IMG/VR virus record: IMGVR_UViG_3300017731_002846
Coordinates: 1-64,000 of that record
Length of the DNA stretch: 64,000 bases
Direction: 5' to 3' (one strand)
From: a virus
The notes beneath the pieces are model-generated. The model was not told the origin of the DNA, searched no databases, and saw only the letters and a program-made list of their open reading frames with translations. Shown here in pieces: positions 56,555 through 64,000 of this stretch. Made by a program: the position numbers and the translations under genes. Every line of letters starts with the position of its first letter. Within the stretch, counting starts at the first letter, position 1.

Positions 56555-58039
56555 TTACTGTTCAGACTCTAATCGGTCCATGCGAGATTTTAGCGACTTG
56601 TTTTCTTGAGATAATTCTTTTATCGATTCAATCAATACGGGTATCATTTTATGGTAATAAACCGCAAGGTTTCCGGCCGCATTTTCTGCAACTATTTCAG
56701 GCAAGACAGCTTGAACTTCTTGGGCTATAACACCAACATCTTTTTTGCCAACAAGAGAAGCATGTGCGGACTTATTCCAGGTAAAATAAATACCATTAAT
56801 TTGATTTAATTTTTCAGTGGCAGAATCAATTTTTATTTTGTCATCTTTTAAATTAATATCAGAGACCCAGAGAGCCGCCTCCGTAGCGGAAGACCAATCT
56901 GCTATTTTTAAATAGCCATTATCCATAATTAGGCCGCCATAGTTTGTCGTATCGATATCTAGAGCTATCTTAACTCCGCCAGATACAACGTCACTGGCAG
57001 CATTTATACCTTCAAGGAAAAAACCTTCACCGTAAACATGAAAATTTGTATTAATTGTCCATGCATCACAAGGTTTTAGCCATGAAATATTTTTGTTGAA
57101 ACCATCTTGGCCTTGGCCGTTTTCCAAAAACTTTCTGTAACAAGTATCAGCCAAGGGAGTATTGCGATCAGAGGCAACCGCGCTCACCAAGTGTCCGGCA
57201 TGGCAATTCAATAAGTCTGCAAAATCCCCTTGAGTTTTTTCTGATATTTCAGAATCGACTCCAAACATAATTGATATGTCTGTACGCTCCCACTTAGAAT
57301 CTCCATGTAAATTATTGGGGTCGGTAAGTATTACACCGTCTTCCAGAGAAAGCCCTGGCAAGGTAAGCATTGTTATCGATATATTATTGCCAAATGTACC
57401 GGCAACTTGAGAAGTGATAGTTACCCCCTCAATGACAACCGATGCAAAAGAATCATTATCATGAGTTTTTAAAGTAATACCGCCAAAGTTTGCTGTATCT
57501 TCTGTGGTTAATTCTTTATGGTCACCTATTTCAATATTGCTATCTTCAACAACCAGCCTCTCGGTGTCTACGGTTGTGGTATTGCCAAGAACAGTAAGGT
57601 CTCCGCTGATAGTCGTATCATGTTTAACAAAAGCATTTCCATGAACATAAAGATCAATGAAATCAGCATTTCCAGATGCACTAACGTCTCCAGTGATTGA
57701 CACATTTTGATCAAAAAAAGCATTACCGTTAACGTGCAAGTCGCTTTCAGTATATAAATCACCAAGAACATATACATCGTCTTGAAGCTCAACAGGTCGA
57801 TCATCTCCGGGCTCAATGGATCCGATTCTTATTTTTAACCCATTTGCATCTATAACACTAGCACCCCCTCCAAAATCCTTAAGAATATCAGAAGATAGAC
57901 CTGTAAAAGGAACTCTATAATTTGCAGCGTCTCTTGTTTCTGATGCTAGGCCACTAGCTACAACATAATAAACATCTGAATTTTGAGAAACTTCATGGTG
58001 CGGAAAGATTGGGAGTTCCGATATTTTACGATCTGCCAT
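56555..58039 (-). CDS. tail fibre with C-terminal intramolecular chaperone (peptidase S74)
   Basis: SDINLKD...GIYFTWN...GVIAQEV...LIESIKEL. Confidence 0.9.
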   Translation of the reverse strand: MADRKISELPIFPHHEVSQNSDVYYVVASGLASETRDAANYRVPFTGLSSDILKDFGGGASVIDANGLKIRIGSIEPGDDRPVELQDDVYVLGDLYTESDLHVNGNAFFDQNVSITGDVSASGNADFIDLYVHGNAFVKHDTTISGDLTVLGNTTTVDTERLVVEDSNIEIGDHKELTTEDTANFGGITLKTHDNDSFASVVIEGVTITSQVAGTFGNNISITMLTLPGLSLEDGVILTDPNNLHGDSKWERTDISIMFGVDSEISEKTQGDFADLLNCHAGHLVSAVASDRNTPLADTCYRKFLENGQGQDGFNKNISWLKPCDAWTINTNFHVYGEGFFLEGINAASDVVSGGVKIALDIDTTNYGGLIMDNGYLKIADWSSATEAALWVSDINLKDDKIKIDSATEKLNQINGIYFTWNKSAHASLVGKKDVGVIAQEVQAVLPEIVAENAAGNLAVYYHKMIPVLIESIKELSQENKSLKSRMDRLESEQ

Positions 58040-58077
58040 AATATGTTTATACACATATAACAGATGAAATAATTAAT

Positions 58078-60486
58078 TTATTCTAATAATTCGAACTCTA
58101 TATCACCTTTTAATACATAGAAATTAAAATTTAACCCTTTTTGAATCTCTGCATTAAAATAATGATCAACTATTACATCTTCAATATACTGCTTAATTAA
58201 TCTTTTTAGGGGCCTCGCTCCCATTTTTTGCTCTGCAGCTAGACCACATACATGTTTAACTACATCTTGGGAGTAATTAATTTTAATCTTTTTCTTGCGG
58301 AGTTTCTTTTGCATGGATTGCAGCTCTTTTTTGAATATTTTATGAAGATCCTTATCTTTCAGGTGGCTAAAGACAACTATGTCGTCCAGCCTATTAATTA
58401 ATTCAGGACTAAGAACTTTCTTGGCAGAAGATATAATCTTTGGGCCATTATCTACGGGCTCAGGAGAAAAACCAAGAGTACTTTTCGTGGTAAGGTCGGC
58501 TCCGATATTGCTGGTCAAGATAATAATTGCGTCACTAAAATAAGACATTACCCCATTATTGTCCTTTAGCGACCCCTCATCCATTACTTGCAGTAATATT
58601 TGCTGAACAGATGGGTCAGCTTTTTCAATTTCATCAAAAAGCACAACAGAGTGAGGGTCTCGCTTTATCTTTTCGGTCAAAAGCCCTCCTTCTTCATAAC
58701 CCACATACCCTGGAGATGAGCCAATTAATTTATTCGCAGAAATCTTATCAGAGTATTCAGACATGTCAAACCTGATAATCTTCTTTTCGGAACCAAAATA
58801 ATGTTTGGCAAGCATTTTAGCCGTCCATGTCTTTCCGACGCCAGAAGCTCCCAGAAATAGAAATGAACCAATAGGCTTGTCAGCATCTTTAAGACCTATT
58901 TGCGACCTTAATATTGATTTACTGATAGCAGATGTAGCATCCGTTTGATTAACGACGTCTCGAGTTAAAAGTTTTAAAAGGCGGGATGCCCTGTCGCTCT
59001 CTTCATCAATTAAGTTATCAATAGGAATCTTAGATTTTCGAGAAATAATAGTCAATATATCATCTTTAGAAACATTCCTAATAGGAGCCTTTTTCCAATC
59101 ATTAGATAATTTTTCGTAACGTTTTAAAAGCATTTCCTCTTCGTTGGCAGAGCAAGTATTTAAACTAAAACAATCATACAGCTTATTCTCCAGATCTTTT
59201 ATCTCATCAGGAGCAGTAGAGTTTGCAATCTTAACCATCGCGCCGCATTCGTCAAGGACATCTATAGCTTTATCCGGAAACTTTTGAGCTGGCAAGTACA
59301 GGTCGCAAAGATTAACGATGTTTTTTAAGATTTTTTGATTGTATTTTGTTCCATGAAAATCCTCATAGTGACCTTTTATACCTTTCAGTATATCAAAACA
59401 TTCCAATGGTGTCGGCTCGCTAACAGCTATAGACTCAAACCTACGAACCAAGGCCGAATCTTTTTCAAAATTTTTCTTATACTCAGAAAAGGTAGTGGCT
59501 GCGATTAATTTAATTTTACCACGAGCCAATGCTGGCTTTAAGATGTTAGCAGCATCCATAGCTCCTTCAGCACTGCCAGCTCCAACCAAGGTGTGAGCTT
59601 CGTCTATAAATAAAATAACATTAGGCTTTTCTTTACACTCCTTTATTAAGGATTTAACTCTTTGCTCAAACTGACCACGGTATTTAGTTCCAGCTATCAT
59701 TGATGCTAAATCAATGGAATAAATTTCCTTATTAATTAAAAAATCAGGAACATCAGCTTTTGTTATTTTATAAGCAAGCCCTTCAACGATGGCAGTCTTA
59801 CCAACACCAGGATCTCCTAGTAATATAGGGTTGTTTTTATTTTTTCTGGCTAAAACCTCACAAATTCTTGAAATTTCAAAATGTTTACCAATGATCGGGT
59901 TGATTTTTTTATCACGACATTCAGTATTTAAATTAGTAGCAAATGAATCCAGGATACTTTCAGTAGTTTTGGTGGACGCAGGGCCTTGGGATTTAGAACC
60001 AAAAGGAAAGTCTGGGGACTCATTTTTATCATAAAGGTCGCCAGACTTCATCCTAACCAAGTATTCTTCAGCAGCTTTACGGGCATCTACCCCTTCGGAA
60101 GTAAAGAAATGATATATAGGGCCATTTTTAGAATTTAGAAAACAAAAGAATATGTGATCGATACTAACATAATCGTTACCTATTTGGGATGCTAATTGAT
60201 GCACCGCAGCAAGGAACTGTACGAGATCATCAGAATAAGAGCAATCCTCAAACTCATCAGGGTCCTGTTTTTCGAGAGAGAAAAAAGAATTAATAAACAA
60301 AACTAACGAATCAAGATCGATACCTAAGTCGGCCAAGAAATTATCTATATTAAAATCATTAGACTTTAACAAAATAAGTAAAACATGGCAAGGCTCTACC
60401 TCCTGATAGTTTAGCGCTTTAGCTAAAGTTTTAGCCTGTCGGATTATTTTTTGAGCTTGAGGTGTGAAATTAGGAGAGATTTCCAT
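58078..60486 (-). CDS. clpC: ClpC/ClpA-type Hsp100 ATPase
   Basis: Clp N-domain, GDPGVGKT, FIDEAH, GASGVGKT, FDEIEKA, LGF loop, GARPL. Confidence 0.92.
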   Translation of the reverse strand: MEISPNFTPQAQKIIRQAKTLAKALNYQEVEPCHVLLILLKSNDFNIDNFLADLGIDLDSLVLFINSFFSLEKQDPDEFEDCSYSDDLVQFLAAVHQLASQIGNDYVSIDHIFFCFLNSKNGPIYHFFTSEGVDARKAAEEYLVRMKSGDLYDKNESPDFPFGSKSQGPASTKTTESILDSFATNLNTECRDKKINPIIGKHFEISRICEVLARKNKNNPILLGDPGVGKTAIVEGLAYKITKADVPDFLINKEIYSIDLASMIAGTKYRGQFEQRVKSLIKECKEKPNVILFIDEAHTLVGAGSAEGAMDAANILKPALARGKIKLIAATTFSEYKKNFEKDSALVRRFESIAVSEPTPLECFDILKGIKGHYEDFHGTKYNQKILKNIVNLCDLYLPAQKFPDKAIDVLDECGAMVKIANSTAPDEIKDLENKLYDCFSLNTCSANEEEMLLKRYEKLSNDWKKAPIRNVSKDDILTIISRKSKIPIDNLIDEESDRASRLLKLLTRDVVNQTDATSAISKSILRSQIGLKDADKPIGSFLFLGASGVGKTWTAKMLAKHYFGSEKKIIRFDMSEYSDKISANKLIGSSPGYVGYEEGGLLTEKIKRDPHSVVLFDEIEKADPSVQQILLQVMDEGSLKDNNGVMSYFSDAIIILTSNIGADLTTKSTLGFSPEPVDNGPKIISSAKKVLSPELINRLDDIVVFSHLKDKDLHKIFKKELQSMQKKLRKKKIKINYSQDVVKHVCGLAAEQKMGARPLKRLIKQYIEDVIVDHYFNAEIQKGLNFNFYVLKGDIEFELLE

Positions 60487-60508
60487 ATGTATATTATATA
60501 TATTACAC

Positions 60509-63088
60509 TTAAGATTTTATATCTTTTAACTTCATGTAAATCATTTCGTCAATTATTTTCATGTTATTAACAAATATTGCATCTCCATCTCTAGTTTTTT
60601 CTCCGTTTATAGTTATAATACTTCCCTCTTTGGGGACAGGGTTCTTTTTTAAAAAGTTTGTGCACTTTCTTTCTCTAGCGGTATCGCAAAGAATTGCATC
60701 TACCGTACCAAACTCATCTTCCAACTCTAGCTTGATGTAGGTGTTGCCATTCCGGGACTTATCTTTCTTTGAAAATGCGACGCTAAATATATATTTAGCA
60801 GTAGAGCGAGGTTCCAGTGAATTAAAGTATATAGAGTTTTGAGGCGGATGATCTACATTGTGGAAAACTTTACACAACTCAGATGAATAACTAAAGCCTA
60901 ATAGCTGTTTTTCAAAATACCAATTAGCAAATTTTTGACTCTTACTATTTTTATAATATATCTTTTTATATGGATCGTATTTTTTCTTTAAAGTTTGGTA
61001 GCGAGATTCCTTTATCAAAGGCTTATTGTCATCCCCGACCGCTTTAAATTCAGAATCTGTTACATTTTTAAAAATAGTAAATAGGTCTTTACCTTCTTTT
61101 TCCGAGATAGATATGAAGTTTCTTTTTTCCCTATCAGTTAGGATATTAAATAATTGAGCCTCAAGTACAAGCTTGGATCGATCTTCGCTTGGATCGTCAC
61201 TGAGAGCCCCCGCCTGAATCAAAGCACTTAAGACCCCGATGTTTAATCCAGCCTGCTTTGCAGCTAAAAACAATTCAAACTTTGTGCTACTCTGCTCGTC
61301 TCTGAATTTACGAAGAGAATCAAGAGATTTCTCACTGATACCTTTAATACTGCTAAGGCCATAACGAATATTGTTGCCCTCAATTGAAAAATTCATTTTG
61401 GATTTCAATAAGCTCGGAGGTAATAATTTAATACCAAAAAATGGCAGCTCTTGACTAATCCTTGCAACTTCTGCCTGAGGTGTTGGCTCGAACTGGGTCA
61501 TCTTGAGTAGGGACAAAAAGAACTGCTTAGGGTGATTGAACTTTAGATATGTGGTCCATGCAGCCAAGGTGCTATAAGCGATAGAGTGAGATTTATTAAA
61601 AGAATAGTTAGCACTATCCTCGGCGACACTCCAAAGTACATCAGCAGCTTCAATCGGGAGTTGGTTTTCTATGATTTGTTTCTCAATTTTAGCTTTCCAT
61701 TTAGGCATTTGGTCTATCTTTTTCTTGCCAACAATTCTACGAAGTTGCTCGGCCTCATCCAGGGTGAACCCTACTTGAACCGCCATCTTCATAAGTTGCT
61801 CCTGATACAGCGGAATCCCGCCAGTATAAGATAGTACTTCGTCGTACAATTCATGCTGACTTTGAAAATCACCAGTGCGGACATAGTCTGCATATTGATC
61901 GGTAAAATCAAGTGCCCCGGGCCTTGCAATAGCAACAACCGCGCTTAATTGTTCTAAGTTTTTGGGTTTAATCTTTTTGCAAACACTAAAATTAGTATGA
62001 GCCTCAATCTGAAACAATCCGTGGGCATGCTCAAGCTCCTGAAGGGGTAGGTATGTTTTCTCGTCATCTAAGGGTATGGACATCGGGTCAATCTTAATAG
62101 CTTGACAGGCATCATGAATGACGCTTAGAGTCCTTAGACCTAAGATATCAAACTTAACCATGAGCTCAGCCACCCAGTTCATGTCGTATGCAGTTACTAA
62201 TGCCCCTTCATTTGTAGCCTGCAGGGGACAGATACTAGATATCTCATGGTGAGAAATTGCAATCCCAGAAGGATGCACCCCGCTGTTTTTATTTAGGCCT
62301 TCTATCTTTTGGGCAATACGAAAAACTTCTTGGTTTGTATCTACCCACTCTTTGAATTTTTCGCTATCATCTGCCGCATCACAAAGACCAACAACCTTCC
62401 CGAAGTTTTTCGGGATTAAAGCTGTCACCGCATTAATATCTGATTCATTATAACCCCCGACGATTTTACCGCACTCACGAATACAAAGCTTACTACTCAA
62501 TGTATTAAGGGTTAAGATCTTAGCGGTTCTTCCGGGGTACTTGTTCTCGATATACTCAATAACTTTATGGCGATGTTCGTAAGAAATATCGTTATCGACG
62601 TCTGCTAAAAGGCTCCCATCTAAATATGTAATACCATCTTTTTCGGTTTTCTTAGCCCTGCTCTTACTCACGAACCTTTCAAAGAACAAATCATACTTAA
62701 TTGGGTCAATTTTTGTGACATCAATTAAATAAAGAACCAAAGACCCAGCGGCACTACCGCGCCCCGGACCCGTGGGTATATCGTTTTCGTGACAAAAATT
62801 TAGGATATCCCAATTCAGCAATATATAATCAATGAACCCAAGCTCTTTTAATATAGTTAACTCTTCTTTTACTCTGTCGTAATATTCCTGCTTATTTTTT
62901 TGCTTATCAATTTTTTTATCCTTTACCCCACGAAGGCAAAGTTCACGCAGGAAATCATAGTTTGAAGTATCTGGAGATTTATTTAAGTCAGAATATTGTT
63001 CCGAGCTAATTTCAATCTCTGGAAGCTGCACCCCCGGGGGGACACAGTCTTCATAGGCAGTAAATTGTTCGATGAAACTTGTTGTCAT
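60509..63088 (-). CDS. dnaE: DNA polymerase III alpha subunit lacking the PHP domain
   Basis: GPGRGSAAGS, DVDND, KFDILGL, YSFNKSH, C-terminal OB fold. Confidence 0.95.
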   Translation of the reverse strand: MTTSFIEQFTAYEDCVPPGVQLPEIEISSEQYSDLNKSPDTSNYDFLRELCLRGVKDKKIDKQKNKQEYYDRVKEELTILKELGFIDYILLNWDILNFCHENDIPTGPGRGSAAGSLVLYLIDVTKIDPIKYDLFFERFVSKSRAKKTEKDGITYLDGSLLADVDNDISYEHRHKVIEYIENKYPGRTAKILTLNTLSSKLCIRECGKIVGGYNESDINAVTALIPKNFGKVVGLCDAADDSEKFKEWVDTNQEVFRIAQKIEGLNKNSGVHPSGIAISHHEISSICPLQATNEGALVTAYDMNWVAELMVKFDILGLRTLSVIHDACQAIKIDPMSIPLDDEKTYLPLQELEHAHGLFQIEAHTNFSVCKKIKPKNLEQLSAVVAIARPGALDFTDQYADYVRTGDFQSQHELYDEVLSYTGGIPLYQEQLMKMAVQVGFTLDEAEQLRRIVGKKKIDQMPKWKAKIEKQIIENQLPIEAADVLWSVAEDSANYSFNKSHSIAYSTLAAWTTYLKFNHPKQFFLSLLKMTQFEPTPQAEVARISQELPFFGIKLLPPSLLKSKMNFSIEGNNIRYGLSSIKGISEKSLDSLRKFRDEQSSTKFELFLAAKQAGLNIGVLSALIQAGALSDDPSEDRSKLVLEAQLFNILTDREKRNFISISEKEGKDLFTIFKNVTDSEFKAVGDDNKPLIKESRYQTLKKKYDPYKKIYYKNSKSQKFANWYFEKQLLGFSYSSELCKVFHNVDHPPQNSIYFNSLEPRSTAKYIFSVAFSKKDKSRNGNTYIKLELEDEFGTVDAILCDTARERKCTNFLKKNPVPKEGSIITINGEKTRDGDAIFVNNMKIIDEMIYMKLKDIKS

Positions 63089-63312
63089 AAATTTTTAATG
63101 GAATCATTTTTGCACTGTTCCAGTGCATTTTTGCTCGATTCAATTGAGTTAATTTGATCAACTATAGAATTAAACTCAGATCTATTCTTAAACCAATAAT
63201 CATTAGGTTTGGATGTAATTGTATTATACAAGCAGTGAGCCTCATCTATCAGGATTGATAACTCATTAGTATATAAATCAAGGTGCATATTAATTTTATC
63301 TTTTAATTTCAT
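63085..63312 (-). CDS. hypothetical protein
   Basis: ORF track; ATGA overlaps. Confidence 0.6.
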   Translation of the reverse strand: MKLKDKINMHLDLYTNELSILIDEAHCLYNTITSKPNDYWFKNRSEFNSIVDQINSIESSKNALEQCKNDSIKNL

Positions 63313-63950
63313 ATTTTTATTGTCCACATCATTTTTTTAAATACTTCATAGTTTTTTTGAATGTCATATAATGCATCATGCAGCTTTTCAGGGTCAAATT
63401 CAACATCATATGTTTTGCAGCATGCCCCCAAGTTTAATCTCATACCCCTTTCATATACCGAGTTCAACTTAAACTGCCAAGAAAGGAAATCAATTTCTTT
63501 GTCATATTCTATATCTTTATGAATCGCTTTAGCTATAGAGAGTGTGTCGATAGATTGTTTTAAATAAGAATAGTCAGTAGGGCGACCTAAAAGTTTTCGG
63601 AATATATTATGTATATAAATATCAAAACCAAGAATATTATGCCCTAAATTAATATAATCTTCATTATATAGGAATTTCTCAAAATGATCAAGAACTTTTT
63701 CCGCTGGTTGCGATAATTTTTTATACTTAGCATCATTGAACCCGGTAACCTTTCGAGCCCCGTCAGACATTCTAAGGTCATCCCAATGAATATGATAATC
63801 ATTAGACTCCACCAACTTGTCACCATGGTAAATCAAAAATGCAAGCTGCCAGGGCTTGTTATGCTCTGAGACTAAATTCAAATTGCAAGTTTCAAAGTCA
63901 AAAACAATATACTTTTGATTTTTTTTAAATCTTAATAAGTCTTCTATCAT
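63309..63950 (-). CDS. DEDDh 3'-5' exonuclease (DnaQ-like)
   Basis: FDFET, GHNILGFD, HDALYD. Confidence 0.9.
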   Translation of the reverse strand: MIEDLLRFKKNQKYIVFDFETCNLNLVSEHNKPWQLAFLIYHGDKLVESNDYHIHWDDLRMSDGARKVTGFNDAKYKKLSQPAEKVLDHFEKFLYNEDYINLGHNILGFDIYIHNIFRKLLGRPTDYSYLKQSIDTLSIAKAIHKDIEYDKEIDFLSWQFKLNSVYERGMRLNLGACCKTYDVEFDPEKLHDALYDIQKNYEVFKKMMWTIKI

Positions 63951-63953
63951 AAT

Positions 63954-64000
63954 TTATGAACTTTTATTTTTTTCCAAGTAACTTTCCCAACAAAATTGAT
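63954..64000 (-). CDS. 3' end of an upstream gene (partial)
   Basis: ...QFCWESYLEKNKSS*. Confidence 0.5.
   Translation of the reverse strand, partial: QFCWESYLEKNKSS

Noticed and set aside
60509-63088. Intein or intron in dnaE
   Set aside because: Motifs are contiguous and no splice-junction or homing endonuclease insert is visible
1232-63826. Most plus-strand and nested short ORFs in the track (e.g. 3960-4274, 47857-48285, 49399-49857, 52348-52677)
   Set aside because: Antisense or out-of-frame shadows of better supported genes
1-64000. CRISPR array or cas genes
   Set aside because: No regularly spaced repeat-spacer units seen; the recurring TGTCAA hexamer is the -35 box on the minus strand
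1-64000. Alternative genetic code (stop codon reassignment)
   Set aside because: Conserved genes are full length in code 11 and all three stop codons end genes that abut the next start
1-64000. Bacterial chromosome origin
   Set aside because: Host-like genes are interspersed with tail fibres, dNMP kinase, HNH nucleases and dense small ORFs, and no housekeeping operon structure is seen

Overview
AT-rich, gene-dense 64 kb segment, almost entirely minus-strand, best explained as part of a large lytic tailed phage genome from an aquatic setting. The host is probably in the PVC superphylum (Verrucomicrobia-like); this is an inference from an ECF sigma factor resembling the Rhodopirellula/Verrucomicrobium family and a TorF-like porin. 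Layout: (1) about 1-23.8 kb holds small early-type ORFs driven by many near-consensus sigma70 promoters, often leaderless (HNH nucleases, SprT, macrodomain, UvsE, RuvB, ECF sigma, CysQ); (2) 23.9-26.9 kb is a DUF285/BspA-like repeat protein; (3) 27-38.6 kb is a glycan-sulfation island with 7 sulfotransferases plus 1 fragment, GT10-, GT7-, GT31-like and other glycosyltransferases, a pyrophosphatase and a cytidylyltransferase; (4) 39-49 kb holds nucleotide metabolism genes, a C5 methyltransferase with a candidate endonuclease, a porin, dUTPase, a CysC-nucleotidyltransferase fusion with ferredoxin, a tmRNA and an apparently catalytically dead UvsE paralogue; (5) 49-58 kb holds tail fibre/virion proteins; (6) 58-64 kb holds ClpC, a PHP-less DnaE and a DEDDh exonuclease. 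The strongest candidate for a new system is a phage-encoded PAPS-dependent sulfated-glycan pathway. Several of its genes share a GTGTA upstream motif with the Ser-Gly-rich fibre genes, suggesting a sulfated, possibly proteoglycan-like, virion coat. All family calls come from motif recognition by eye; no database searches were run.
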